64,000 nucleotides of DNA from the human T2T-CHM13v2.0 reference genome, Homo sapiens (GCF_009914755.1 NC_060945.1), one strand, 5' to 3'; counted from the stretch's first letter, positions 40,096 to 54,807 are shown. The notes: generated from the sequence alone by a model not told the origin. Program-made: numbers and translations.

Positions 40096-40742
40096 GGCCT
40101 TCCCGGGGAGCTGCTGTTGGCCTCTCGGGTCATTTCTTGGTGGTTTTGCTGTCCTCACCCACGAGCCATGCTGGACACCATGTGACACGAGTCCCCTAAG
40201 TGTGGGCCCCGTGCATATTCTCATTTTACTTCTTTATGGAGCCACTGCCGACTGCAGGGTCCGGGCTGGACCCGGGGAGCAGTGGGGTCCCGGAGAGATG
40301 GGGCTGCCTGGGCCGGCAAAGCCACCTCTAGGGAACCTGGCTAGCATCCCATCTGGGCTCCTGAAGTGTGAGATTGTGAGGGTGGCCTCTGCTGTGGGTG
40401 CCAGTGCTGCCTGAGGCTGTGGTGGGAATGGAGCAGGGCACTCTGTAGCGTGGATTGTCCAGGGAGGTGTTTGTGACAGGCTTCCCAGGGTCACGGGTGC
40501 TTGGGAGAAGCAGGAACAGGGCAGGGTCATCCTGGGTGGACCCGGACGACCAGGACTGGGTGCCTGGCCTCAAAAGGACAGACCTCCCTGAGCGGGCAGA
40601 CCCTGCTCTCGTGGAGCTCAGGACTGCCGGGGCTCCAGCCAGTCCCTTCCCCGCTCCTCCTGGGGACCTGATCTCAGGGCCCTGGGGGCGTGGTATGGAC
40701 GTCTGACGGGGCAGATTCCATCTCTGGTGATGACTTGGCAGG
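40096..40742 (-). repeat. Inverted duplication, right arm (pairs with 36290-36923)
   Basis: See left arm. The ORF track shows shared peptides on opposite strands (FPGSCCWPLGSFLGGFAVLTHEPCWTPCD; SREVFVTGFPGSRVLGRSRNRAGS). Confidence 0.93.
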
Positions 40743-41029
40743 TCCCCAGCGAGAGGAGCGCAGCACCCTGGCTGGTGCTGCGGTGGGGGCGAGGGGAAGG
40801 CGGGGCAAGGCGTTCTTCCCACGGCCAGGCCACCGAGTCGCCTGGAGGGCCTCATGAGGAATGAGTTTCACTGCCCAGACAAGCAGTGTTGGCCAGCCAG
40901 GCCTAGTTCCTGATTCCAGCTCAGCAGCTGACTCTCCTGCCATGGGACCTCAGACAAATCATGTGCCCGCGGCGGCTCCAGAGAAAGGGGCTGAGGACAC
41001 CTGCTCATGGGGCTTGCAAGGACTTGAAC

Positions 41030-41226
41030 TGCATGCGTGCGCGGGTGTGCACATAGGCACGTGTGACGTGTGTATCCGTGCGTGTGCAGGTGTGCACATA
41101 GGCACGTGTGATGTGTGTATCCGTGCATGTGTGTGTGCGGGTGTGCAGCGCACCTGTGGGCAGGCAGGTGTGTGTGCACACGTCTGCACATAGTCATGTG
41201 TGATATGTGTATCTGTGCACATGTGT
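41030..41226. repeat. Degenerate alternating purine/pyrimidine (TG/CA) repeat with an internal duplication
   Basis: gtgtgcacataggcacgtgtga(c/t)gtgtgtatccgtgc x2. Confidence 0.8.
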
Positions 41227-42051
41227 AAGCCTCTGGGACCAGGTCCGGTAGGCCCCAGCCTGCAGGTGTGGCATGAATGGTAACTATTTTTACTGCCTTG
41301 CAGTGTGAGTTACCTTCTTAGAAAACCACTGCAGCCACAAGAAAAACAAACAGCAGCCAGTCATTTAGAGACACGGGCTGGGTGCTGAATGCAGCAGAGC
41401 CTTTCTATGGCGAATGCGGAGCCTGTGGCCGGCAGGAGCCGGGAGGGCATCGTCTCTAAGCCTGCAGCTGGCCGGGTGCTCCCGCTCCTGTGGTGGTGGC
41501 AGTCCAGGGCTATCAGGCGCTCTGGCTGTCCCGGCTCCCGCCTCTGCCTGGTGGGCAGAGGGGAGGATTGGCAGTTTGCTCCTGCCATGTGGCGTGTGGC
41601 TTGTGGGACGCCCACATTGCCGGTCCTCAGGCTGCGGCTGGGACACACCTTCCGAATTTTCCGAGGACCAAGTGCAGTCACACACAGGACCATGCTGTAA
41701 ACCTGCGCGGCTCCGAGCGAGTGCACGGGGCTGGCGGGCCCTCGATTCGTCAGCAGTCGGGGTCAGTGCTGGCCCAGAGCCAAGGCGGCTCGTGGGTGTC
41801 TGGGAGGTTTGGGGTTGCTCAGAGGAGCCCCCCAGGTCAGACTTGGTGCTCCAACCCCTTCTGGAATTCTTTGGTCCATCCCAGAGCTCGGCTCACATTC
41901 TTCTCCCATCTTTTAGGCCTTCTGGAACCTTCCAGGGCCCTGTTGCTCCCACTACTTCTTCTGAGGGCGTGCCTACCACGTGCTGGCTCTGTACGTATTT
42001 TACCTCATTTAGCAGTTGCTGCAGATGTGCATTGTAGCCGTATCGGAAACC

Positions 42052-42722
42052 CAGCGCTGCTGTGGCAAAAAATCACCACACCCCAAACCAGCAGAGATTC
42101 ACCCCACACCCCCACACCAGCAGAGATTCACCCCACACCCCCAAACCAGCAGAGATTCACCCCACGCCCCCAAACCAGCAGAGATTCACCCCACGCCCCC
42201 AAACCAGCAGAGATTCACCCCACGCCCCCAAACCAGCAGAGATTCACCCCACGCCCCCAAACCAGCAGAGATTCACCCCACGCCCCCAAACCAGCAGAGA
42301 TTCACCCCACGCCCCCAAACCAGCAGAGATTCACCCCACGCCCCCAAACCAGCAGAGATTCACCCCACGCCCCCAAACCACCAGAGATTCACCCTCCCAC
42401 AGTTATGGTGCCAGAAGTCCAAGGTCAAGGTGTGAGCAGGGCTGGCCCCCGAGGCCGTGAGTGGGGTCTGTCCCAGGCCGCTCCTGGCTTTGTGGCCTGA
42501 GGTCTTCCGTGCTTCTTGGCTGGCGGAAGCACTGCCACGGCCTCGGCCCCGTGTCATGTGGCCTGTTCTCTCTCTGTGTGTCTGGGTGGGTCAGGGCCCA
42601 CCCAGCTGACCTTGCTTTAACCTCGTTACCTCTGTGCAGACCCTGCCTCCAAATAAGGTCACACTCACAGGTCTGGGGTCAGGACCTCAACACATGGCTG
42701 TGGGGGACACAGTTCAGCCCAG
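42052..42722 (-). mobile_element. MLT1 (MaLR) solo LTR hosting a VNTR
   Basis: cacagttatggtgccagaagtccaaggtcaaggtgt and ccaaataaggtcacactcacagg...ggggacacagttcagccc. Confidence 0.75.
42080..42395. repeat. 29-bp VNTR, ~11 near-identical copies
   Basis: Unit cccccaaaccagcagagattcaccccacg. Confidence 0.95.
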
Positions 42723-43639
42723 GAGGGAAACTGAGGCACGAAATGGGGTGCATTTCCTGAGGCCCCATGGCTCATAAGGAGACGAGGGGCTGCGGGTTGG
42801 GGTCCCAGATGCCCTCTCAACACAGCAGCCACCATCCTGGCTAGTCCCAGGCCCTCCTGGGTCCCCCGTCTTTACTCAGGGTGGCCCTGTGTGCCTGGCC
42901 TGTCCTCAGGTCACCCTGACTCTAGTATGGGACACCCCACCTCAGAGGGCACCTCCTCGGGGTTGGGTTATGGTTTTTTTAAGTCTCTTGGAACGCCCCC
43001 CCGATGGCGTGGGCCCAGCTGTTGAGGAGGTGGGGCTGTGGTCTTGGCTGACGGTGCGGCACCCGCATACCTGACCTGGTTAGGACCTCCAATCTGGAAT
43101 TGCTACTGACTCAGTTTCCCCACATGGAAGCCACCCCTCATGCCAGCGACGGGCCTTCTTTTCTGTCCCCTGCTGTGGCCTCCCTGGCGGGTCTTCTGCA
43201 CCCTGTGTGGCCTGGGTTCTTGGCCCCAGGGGAAAAGGGGGCTCCTGCTGGGGGCAGAGAGGGAGGGGCAGGGCAGGGCCCGGAGAGAGATCTCAGGATT
43301 GTCTTCGGATGGCACGGCCTGGTCCCTCAGGTTCTGATCATTTTCTTCATTTTCACGACTCCCTGCACTTTCTGGTTTTGGGTGAGGCCAAATAGCAGAA
43401 GTATTAAAATATTCCTCCTTGGGCGTCTCATGGTGTTTCTGATCTGGGCTGAAACAGGAAGCTCTGTGAGCTGATGTGGCACCGGAAGTCTCTGGGAGCC
43501 TGGGCTGTGATCCGGCCCAGCCCACCCTGGTGGGGAACGCGTCCTGGGGACCGTGCTGGGTTTTGGGAAAACACTGGGTCACCCTCTCCCATTGAAAGAT
43601 GGCCTGGGGGAGCTGGGTCCTGTCTACGTGAGTTTGCCG

Positions 43640-43972
43640 GGGCCGCCTCGCACACACCGTGGCCAGGTGCTCCCACAGCAGATGTGGGTTCTCTCCAGTC
43701 CTGGGGGCGTCCCGGGTTGAGGTGCGGCGTGGCTGTTACGAAGCCTCTCCTTGCAGGCAGGCGGCACCACCTCCCTGTGTCCTTGCGTGGCCGCCCCTCC
43801 TGCGTGTCTGTGTCCTCCTCTTTTAAGGACGCCGGTAGGTCAGGTCAGAGCCCACCCTGGTAACCTTATTTCACCTTTGTCGCCTCTGTAAAGACCCTGT
43901 GTCTGAATACAGGCGGATCCTGAAGTCGGGACTTCACTCTGTGAATTTGGGGGACGCAGTGCAGCCCATAAC
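43640..43972 (-). mobile_element. MLT1A-like LTR remnant
   Basis: ctcttttaaggac, ctgtaaagaccctgt and gaatttgggggacgcagtgcagcccataac. Confidence 0.65.
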
Positions 43973-43977
43973 CTTAT

Positions 43978-43981
<4 letters not shown>

Positions 43982-44031
<50 letters not shown>
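43982..44031. repeat. (TG)~24 microsatellite
   Basis: Pure dinucleotide run. Confidence 0.97.
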
Positions 44032-44035
<4 letters not shown>

Positions 44036-44254
44036 AAATCTGTATGAGGGCTGATGGCAAAGCAGTTAGCTGTGTTGTGTAGACAACGCCGTGGCCAGAA
44101 CAGAGCTTGTTCTCGGGCAAAAGGAGAGCGAGGAAGCTGAGCAGGGATGGCGTCCCAGAGGCCTCGGAGGCCCCGACATGGTCCAGGAGGCCCCAGGAAG
44201 GCTCTTGCTGTCCCTAAGCCCAGAGGTTTTCAGGGGTCTATGTGAATTGTCACT

Positions 44255-44637
<383 letters not shown>

Positions 44638-45276
44638 TAGAATCTATACAAAACACAAGGTTTACCACTTTAGCCACTTTAAAGAGCTCACTTGGTGTCC
44701 CCAAGGGCCCGTGGTGCCACCACTGCCAGTGCACAGGCCCGGCCCCTCCCCCGCCAGGCCTGTCTCTAAGGCCTTGCCCACCCACCCCTCCCCCTACCCA
44801 GGCCTGTCTGTCTCTAAGGCCCGCTGTGGCCACACGTGGACCCCACACCCTGGAGAACCTGGGCTTGTCCTTGGAGGAAGTAATAACAAAGAGCCCACCT
44901 GGTCGTGGATCCCAGCTCTGCACCAATGGCCGTGAGACCAGGGCCCCTGCCTCAGTTTCCTCATCTGTCAGTGAGCCTGGACCAGGGTAGTGAGGTAGTG
45001 TGGGAGGCCATTGCAGTCCTGGGCACAGCCCTGGGGGCCAGGAGACGCCTCCATCAGCCGTGGGCCCAGGCGCTGCCAGCAGCAGGGCAGTCCCTGAGGG
45101 TCTCCCCCGGAGCACTCCAGACCCCCTTCCCCTCCGGATCCCCGCACGCCTCCGCTCCTCAGCAGATGACAGGCCAGCTGCTCTCCTGGGCTGGTTCTGC
45201 AGCGCCGACTGAGGTGAGGGCTCCTGTGCAGGTGACACGAAGGAGGGATGTGCAGATGAGGGGACAGGTGAGGGGC

Positions 45277-45410
45277 AGGGCAGGGCCTCCCTTAACCCAC
45301 CCCCTATGGCCCTGGCACAGAGGTTCCAGTACCTGCGCTCCAGGGGCAGGGCCTCCCTTAACCTGCCCCCCATGGCCCAGGCACAGAGGTTCCAGTACCT
45401 GGGCTCCAGG
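45277..45410. repeat. ~66-bp tandem duplication
   Basis: gggcagggcctcccttaacc...ggcacagaggttccagtacctg(c/g)gctccagg x2. Confidence 0.88.
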
Positions 45411-45999
45411 CAGAGTGTATCTAGCACCCCAGAGACCGAGGCGGGCTGTACCGTTGGCTGCTGGGAGCGAGAGCCCTGGCTGGGTAGGCAGGGGACGGGG
45501 AGGGGAGAGCATGAGGGGACCCTCCCAGCAGCCTCTGCATGCGGGCAGCCGGCCTGCCACCCTGGGCAAGCGGGAGGGGCTGCCTTGCCAAGGGACCCTC
45601 ACAGATGAGGTGTGAGGGACAGAGACCCCCGACGGCTGCTGGAGGCACCCACGGGGCTCCCTGGAGCCTCCCTGTGGTCCTGGGTCCCCTTACCCGATTG
45701 TTGCAGGAGGGGCCAGCACAGGGCAGGTGCCTGAAGAGCAGGTGCCGGAAGAGCTACCGCAGCCCAGGCAGCAGGGGAGGAAGTCAGTCTCCTCGGGGGG
45801 GTTTCCAGACAGGGGCCGCTTTTGTTGAGGGCACAGAATGTCTCCAAAAGGTCGGTTCGTTATCACATGAGTCACCAGAGAGAGGGGGACGGAGAGAGGA
45901 ACGCCGCAGCCTCCAGTTCCCCTTCAGCTCTGTGCCCAGGAGCAGTGGCTGGGTGAGGGTGGGAGCCAGGCTCCCCGAGAGGGCAGCAGCGGAGGCTGC

Positions 46000-46445
46000 A
46001 CCGTCCCTGTCCTGCCTCTGCCCCTGCCCTGTCCTGCCCTGAGTCCCTGCCCCCTCCTTGTCCTGCCTCGTATCCCTGCCCCCTCCCTGTCTTGCCCCGC
46101 ATCCCTGCCCTGTCCGTGTCCCTGCCCCTGTCCCTGCCCCTGCCCTGCCCCTCTCTGTCCTGCCCCACGTCCCTGCCCCTCTCCCTGCCCTGCCCCACGT
46201 CCCTGCCCCGTCCCTGTCTTGCCCCATGTCCCTGTCCCTGCCCCACGTCCCTGCCCTCATCCCTGTCCTGCCCTGCATCCCTGCCCTGCCCCTGCGCCTG
46301 TCCTGTCCCGTGTCCCGCCCCGTCCCTGCCCCTGTCCTGCCCTGCGTCCCTGCCCCATCCCTGTCCGTACCCCTGTCCTATCCCGCATCCCTGCCCCTGT
46401 CCCTGCCCCTGCCCTGCCCCTCTCTGTCCTGCCCCACGTCCCTGC
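46000..46445. repeat. C-rich low-complexity hexamer array (cctgcc/cctgtc)
   Basis: Near-continuous tccctgcccc units. Confidence 0.9.
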
Positions 46446-47260
46446 ATGGGTCCTGGGCCTCAGCACCAGGTTCTGGGCCCGCTTCCTTGCAGCCCCTTCC
46501 CCAGAGCCCACCAAAGACCCGAATCCTCACACTCTCGGGACAGGTAGCTGTGGGTGGCTGAGAGGGACTGGCCCCTCCCTGGCCAAGTCCACAATGTCAG
46601 GACCCTTGCTGCCCTCCTGCTTCGGGCTCAGCCCCAATGCCCCCGATTTGAAGTGAAGCTGCCCAGTGCCCTCTCTGGGGCCCTCCCAGGAGATGCAGGC
46701 TGGAGGGGCTGCCCTGGAAAGCCCTTCCTTTCCCTAGAGAGGTCCCCGCCCTGAGAGGGAAGGGCCCGGGCGATGATTCCAGGCTGGGAGGAGGAAGGCG
46801 CGTGCCAAGCGCTCCTCGGAGTTGATGCCCCATGGCGTAATGTGCAGCTGCTGCTGGAGAAGAGATGCAGGCAGATTACTGAACCCTGAGAAATGAAAAA
46901 GCATGATCGCGGTCTTGCCAGCATAGGCGGCCGTGGTCCGTGCTTGCAAGTCTGAGGGCGGAGGAGCCCGCCGCCCGCTTCTCATGGGCCCACCCCTGTG
47001 ATCCAGCATCTGTAAAACTCCCTGGGAGGCCACAGCCTGCCCTGGCCCAGCCCCTGGGACCGCGAGGGCCGTGTGATACTTTCTCCAGTGGCATTTACAG
47101 AAAACTTCCCTCTGCCCTACCATTTTAGTTGGCTTTGGGATAGTTTGCAGTATTTCCTGATTAAAATAATGTTGAGAAGAACATTTGGGCCTCTGAGGCC
47201 TTTTCCCTAGGGTATTTTCTGAGAAATGACAGAGATTCAAGGGCTGTGAACATTTTGTAG

Positions 47261-48733
<1,473 letters not shown>

Positions 48734-48849
48734 TGAGGGGGACTCAACCTTGGGCTTCCATGTGCAACCCTGCCGAGTCCAACGGAGCAGGAACCCAGAG
48801 TCAGGTCAGAGAGAATCCCACCCCGATGTCTGAGCTCCAGGAGCAGATC

Positions 48850-49060
48850 AGACCTCAGTCCTCGACGCCTTCAGCAGGATGCCCCGGCCCTGCCGCACCC
48901 TCCTGGTGATTTTCCAGCCACGGACCCCCTCACTTCTCGGCTGTGAACCCCCCTTGTCCTGCTGCACCCAACATAGAGCCCGTCTCTCCCTCACTGCGGG
49001 AGTCCATAATGAAGTCTTCCTTGCCATTACGATAAGCACCAGGATAATTTTTCCTTAACA
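48850..49060 (+). mobile_element. Possible ERV1 LTR 3' remnant (MER39-like)
   Basis: gagcccgtctctccctcactgc...aagtcttccttgcc...ataatttttccttaaca. Confidence 0.4.
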
Positions 49061-49162
49061 GGTTCTCTCTAGACTGGATCAGGGACAGTCTTGGCTGTAA
49101 ATTGTGAATTAGCTGTGACTCTGCCACCCACGGTTGCCCGCCAGAGTTCTTTCTAAATGTTC

Positions 49163-49255
49163 TATCTGAGCCTGGCCGTTGCTGCTGGCTCTGGAGGTGC
49201 CAGAGTTTCTGAACGTTAATCTGAGCCTGGCCGTTGCTGCTGGCTCTGGAGGTGC
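49163..49255. repeat. Tandem duplication
   Basis: atctgagcctggccgttgctgctggctctggaggtgc x2. Confidence 0.88.
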
Positions 49256-50004
49256 AGTCACACCACCCTGGCTGACACGCCTCGGCCTGACCTGCAGTCT
49301 CACCCCACAGAAGGATCTGGGGTGAACGTCTGGCTCCAGGCACTGTTGCAGGGCTGTTGGGTCCTGTGTCTGAGCCCACAAAGGCTTCCTGGGAGCGGCA
49401 TCGCCAGCCCTGTGGACCCTGCTCCCTATGGGCTTCTGGGTATAGATCAGGTGCCCAGCATGCGCCCCCAGACAGGAGCTCCCCTCTGCCCTGCCTCTGG
49501 GACCCACTTTCACCCAAGTCCTGTGGGACTGGCATAGCCTAGGGCCCGGGTGCTGGCAGCATCTGGCTGGAGCCTGGGGCGGGGCAGGGCAGGGCCTTCC
49601 AGGCGCGTTCCCGAGCGTGCACTGAAGGTGTTAGCGCGTGGCACCGGAGACACCAGGCTGGATGAGGCTGGACAAGCGCCTCCGCCAGAAGCAGCACAGG
49701 CCTGACACAGGCAAACCTCCCGGAGACCACCCCACGGACCCCAGCCCCTGCTGACCCTCCCAGGAGGCGTTGCTGGAAATCCACCCTGAGAATTCTGCTC
49801 CAGGAGCTGAACCAGCGGTATCAGCATCTTAAAGCGCTGACCTACCTCTCGGCTGTGTGATATCTAGGGGTCCGTCCCAGACCAGCATCCCCAGGGCTGA
49901 CGGGTCTGCAGGGCACAGAGATGTGGGACCTGCTGTGTCTCTGCCCCACAGTGGCCATGCCGGGACACAGAGCTGCTGCTTGGGGAAGGGACAGATTCAG
50001 ACAC

Positions 50005-50645
50005 AGTAGTGGGTTAACCTGAGGCCCTCTCAAAAGACATGTCCACCTAGAACCTCGGGAAGGGACACGTCCGCCTGGAACCTCGGGAAGGGACGCGTCC
50101 GCCTGGAACCTCGGGAAGCGACGCGTCCGCCTGGAACCTCGGGAAGGGACACGTCCGCCTGGAACCTCGGGAAGGGACGCGTCCGCCTGGAACCTCGGGA
50201 AGGGACGCGTCCGCCTGGAACCTCGGGAAGGGACGCGTCCGCCTGGAACCTCGGGAAGGGATGCGTCCGCCTGGAACCTCGGGAAGGGACGCGTCCGCCT
50301 GGAACCTCGGGAAGGGACGCGTCCACCTGGAACCTCGGGAAGGCCTTTGCAGATGTGATCGAGTTAAGGATCTCAAGATTCAAGATAAGGTCACCCCAGG
50401 TTGCCTGCGTGGGCCCTGAGTCCAGTGGCGTGTCCTGGAGGGAGACCAGCAGAGGTGGAGGGCACGTCCATGGGCTGAGAAGGGCAGGACTGTGACAGGA
50501 GGGAGGTGCAGGGCGGATCCCCAGAGCCACTGCCTCCCCACGCTTGACCTCAGGCTCCTGGCCCCAGAACCATGAGGGAATAAACTGTCCTTTTAAGCCC
50601 TCTGCTGTGTGATGATTGGCAGTGCCAGCAATGGGAGCTGATACA
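50005..50645 (+). mobile_element. MLT1 (MaLR) solo LTR hosting a VNTR
   Basis: caaaagacatgtcc, ctttgcagatgtgat..agttaaggatctc and aataaactgtccttttaagcc...ctgataca. Confidence 0.78.
50040..50342. repeat. 28-bp CpG-rich VNTR, ~11 copies
   Basis: Unit gtccgcctggaacctcgggaagggacgc. Confidence 0.95.
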
Positions 50646-51357
50646 GACCCTGATCGGGGACCCAGACACCTGGCAGCTTGGGCTGGGCCCCTTCGAGTTA
50701 AAGCTGGCCTTGCTGCTACCTGTCCCTCGCTGAGTCCTCGCTGCGCACTGTGGCTGCACCTGGCAAGCACAGGGAGCCCCTGGGGTCCTGTGGGTGCAGA
50801 CATGGGTCCCTCGGTCTGGGTGGCTGAGATGGAGCCCCTCCCCAGCTCCGGGGAGCACTGGGCCGGGGACCACCCATGAGTGGTGAGTATCTCTCCCGCT
50901 GCACCTTGAGGTCACCCAGGAACCTTCAGAAGTGCTGATGCGGGGACCCCGCTCCCCACTGTCCAGGGTGGACTGGCTAGGCGGTGGCCTGGGCATCGGG
51001 ACACATTACAGCTCTCCAGGGAGCGCGGTGTGCAGCCAGGATGGAACCCGTGGTCCTGGTGCTGAGGATGGCGGGTGCCTGCCTCCATCTCCGTGGGCCA
51101 GCCTTCGGGGCCCCGTTTCCTGGAGCAGCGAGGGCTTCACGTGGCTGTTGAGCTGCAGAAGGAGGGGCCCTCCCAGCACCCCATTCAGAGCCAGCGGAGG
51201 AATCTGAAGGCATGGGGAGGGCGGGGTGGAGCCGAGGTTGCAGAGAGGCTGGACCCTGAAGCCTCAGGAGTTCAACTGGCACGGGGTGCGGGGAGTGGCA
51301 GCCGGGAAGCCGGCCTGGGGCTTTCTCCTCTCGGCCTCCTTTGCTGGCGTCTCAGGT

Positions 51358-51628
51358 GGAGGGGCCTGTGTGGCAGGCGGGTGGCATGAGGGTGAGGGGC
51401 CTGTGTGGCAGGCGGGTGGCCTGAGGGTGAGGGGCCTGTGTAGCAGGCGGGTGGCCTGAGGGTGAGGGGCCTGTGTGGCAGGCGGGTGGCCTGAGGGTGA
51501 GGGGCCTGTGTAGCAGGCGGGTGGCCTGAGGGTGAGGGGCCTGTGTGGCAGGCGGGTGGCTTGAGGGTGAGGGGCCTGTGGGGCGGGCGGGTGGCCTGAG
51601 GGTGAGGGGCCTGTGGGGCGGGCGGTGG
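51358..51628. repeat. 35-bp G-rich VNTR, ~8 copies
   Basis: Unit ggggcctgtgtggcaggcgggtggcctgagggtga; starts at 51361, 51396, 51431 and onward. Confidence 0.95.
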
Positions 51629-51681
51629 CTGCAGCGTGGAGATTGTTGTCAGCACAGAATTGTGGCACCAGTTGTTGAGAC

Positions 51682-51760
51682 GCAGTGACAGGCAGATGAC
51701 TGGCCAGGCAGTGACAGGCAGATGGCTGCCCAGGCAGTGACAGGCAGATGGCTGCCCAGG
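51682..51760. repeat. 26-bp tandem repeat x3
   Basis: gcagtgacaggcagatg(a/g)ctg(g/c)ccag. Confidence 0.85.
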
Positions 51761-53841
51761 CCGCGGCCTTGTCTGCACCTGCCTGAGCATGCAGAGAGGC
51801 CCCCACACTGGTCACCCAGGGTCCGGGTGTGCCCACAGATGCTGCCCCCGCGCTGTGGGCAGCCCTGGCCCAGGCAGGTTCTCTGGAGCTGCTCCCGCCC
51901 AGTGCAGGCCGTGTGCAGGACCTTTGTTTATCCCCCTGGATGTTGAACTTGGCCAGCTTACGGCACTGAAACAAAGGCCCTGACTGCTGCCTGAACCCGC
52001 CCCGGGCTCACTTCCATGCCCAGGCCTGCGGGAGGGGCTGGGGTGTGCAGGAGAGTTGGGCGTTGGGAGGCCACCCCACCGCGTGCCTGCAGTGCCCTCT
52101 TCTCGGCCCCAGTCCCCAGCATATCCATGGGGTGCCTTCCAGTGTGGGTTTCGGGAACCTCCACATTCCAGCCTGGAGTCCTGGCCATGGGGAAGGGACG
52201 CCCACTGTGCTCATCCCGTGCGGCCGCCTCGTGCCCATCAGAGGCTGCACCAAACCCCGTGCGCCCTCTGGGCGATCAGAGCCGGAGGCCTCAAGTGGCC
52301 CAGCCCTGCTGGCTGCTGCGGGACCTCAGCTGCTGTGGGGCAGGCGTCTATGGGTTCCCAGGGCCCTCCCCTCCCCACAGGGGTGTGAGGAGGTGCAAAG
52401 GGGATGCCTCCTGGCCTGACCCCACGGCCAGACCAGTCCTGTGTGTCCTGAGTGAGGACGCCTATCCCTGAGCCCCAGAAACGCACCAGGAGGCAGGTGT
52501 GAGACGGCTGTGTCCCCAGCTCCTGCTGCAGTTGGCCCACAGCGGGCCCCTACGAGGCTGGGCGGTGAGGGGACGGCTCGGACCGCCCGCGCCCCAGGAC
52601 CCCTGTGTCGGCCTCATCCTGCGCCTCAGCCCCAAACCCTGCAGCTCCCGGGACCCTGGCACCCGGTCACCCTCCACAGCGCCACGGGGCTCCTCTGACC
52701 CCACCCTTGTTGCCAGCCCAGCCGGAGTCTGACTTCTCCGTGGTGCCGCCCCCACCCCCGGGAATGACATGCCGGGGCGGTGGAGCCAGGCCCTGGGCCC
52801 GGGGGCAGGACAGGCAGGGACCATGAGCAGCTCCACAGAAACCCTTCCCCAGGGCTTCAGGGGCCAGGCGGGACCCCCACTTCCGGGAGGAGACCCCAGT
52901 GCCCCTCACGCTCAGGGGTGCGGTGGGTGGAGAGATTCGGAGGGGAGAGCTGGGGGCTCCGGAGGAGGGGCTGTGGGTGGGACCCCGTCCCCCTCTGGCT
53001 GCAGCAGGCAGTGAAGCTGCATCAGGGGCTCCACCCTGCTGACCACAGTCCTGGGGCACCCAGTGGAGGCCGGAGACACCAGCAGGTTCTCCTGGTCACA
53101 TGGCCCCACCTGCCCTGTCCCCCAGAGCCCCCCAGGCTTGGGATGAGTTGCGAGGGGTCGGATGGACGGCGCAGGACACACGACACAGAGTAGTTGTGGC
53201 GGTTGCCCCTAGGGAGACGTGGAGAGAGGCCCCAGGGCACCCTGGAAGCGGAGGCTGTGGCTCCGTGTGTCCCAGGGCACAGCACCGCCCCTCACAGCCG
53301 AAGCTCTGATCCCTTGGTCTCAGGAAACACTCAGGAAGTGCAGGGCGGGCGTGGGTCTGATTTCAGGGTGAGGGAGCTGGCAGCCCCAGGAGTGAGGAGG
53401 CCCCAGTCCCCTTTCACCAAGCCCGTCCTCCCCTTCCCGCTGCCACGACACTGGTGCCTGCAGCCGTGCCAGCTAGGAGGGCGACGTGGACAGGATTTCT
53501 CTCTAGAAAGGATCCTGGGGTCCGATTGAGAAGCTGGCTTGAACGTTAGACGCTGTAGCTCAGAGCACTGGGTATGCACCCAGAAGGAGAAGTGCTCATC
53601 ACATGGTAATTCTTTTGTTTTGTTTTTTTAAGAAAAAGGTCTCACTCTTTGCCCAAAGCAACTTTCTTATTTATCTTTGCATCCTAAGAGTCTAAAACAA
53701 TGACTGGCATGAAGTATACAAACTATACATCGCCTAGTAAGTGGATAAAACGATTAATTAATTTGCCCAACATTCAAAACGTGATGGGGTGGGATTCACA
53801 GCCATGACTTCTCATTGCAACGCTCAAGCTCCTTGTGCTGC

Positions 53842-54190
53842 TCCACGCCGCCTTTCGGTACACGAGAAGCTGAGGATCCACGCCGCCTTTCCGTACATGA
53901 GAAACTGTAGGATCCACGCCACCTTTCAGTAGAGAAGCTGTAGGATCCACACCGCCTTTCCGTACACAAGAAGCTGTAGGATCCACGCCGCCTTTCCGTA
54001 CACGAGAAGCTGTAGGATCCACGCCACCTTTCAGTAGAGAAGCTGTAGGATCCACGCCGCCTTTCCGTACACGAGAAGCTGTAGGATCCACGCCACCTTT
54101 CAGTAGAGAAGCTGTAGGATCCACACCGCTTTTCAGTACACGAGAAACTGTAGGATCCACGCCACCTTTCAGTACACGAGAAACTGCAGG
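53842..54190. repeat. VNTR of interspersed 36-bp and 33-bp units, ~10 copies
   Basis: ggatccacgccgcctttccgtacacgagaagctgta and ggatccacgccacctttcagtagagaagctgta. Confidence 0.95.
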
Positions 54191-54502
54191 ACAAATGACC
54201 GTATGCCCAGGTTCCAATGGCAAAACGCCACACCTCTTATGATACTATCTTTGTGCACATAAAATGTTCATTTTTGTCTAATAAATAAGTGACTTGTAAT
54301 TAGTAAGTGATTGCTCAATGACTTAAAACCTACAATATCTCTAATTTCTTCTAATGGAAACTTCTGAGGCCATTTAGGGACATCCACAGATAGCGAACAG
54401 CGACATTGGAAAGAGGACATTGAGTGTGGGGAAGTCTGCACAGTTCCACCTGTTGGATTGTTTGATGTGTGGTGGTGCAGACATGGACACGATCCATCTT
54501 GG

Positions 54503-54807
<305 letters not shown>

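Noticed and set aside
41490-42500. 336-aa ORF with PKPAEIHPT repeats
   Set aside because: It translates the 29-bp VNTR inside an LTR relic, and all frames are open.
45285-45365. Two CCCTTAAC U12-branch-like motifs
   Set aside because: They are produced by the tandem duplication, with no upstream U12 donor or exon context.
50040-54190. Regular 28-36-bp repeats suggestive of CRISPR arrays
   Set aside because: They are contiguous tandem units without unique spacers in human DNA, so they are minisatellites.
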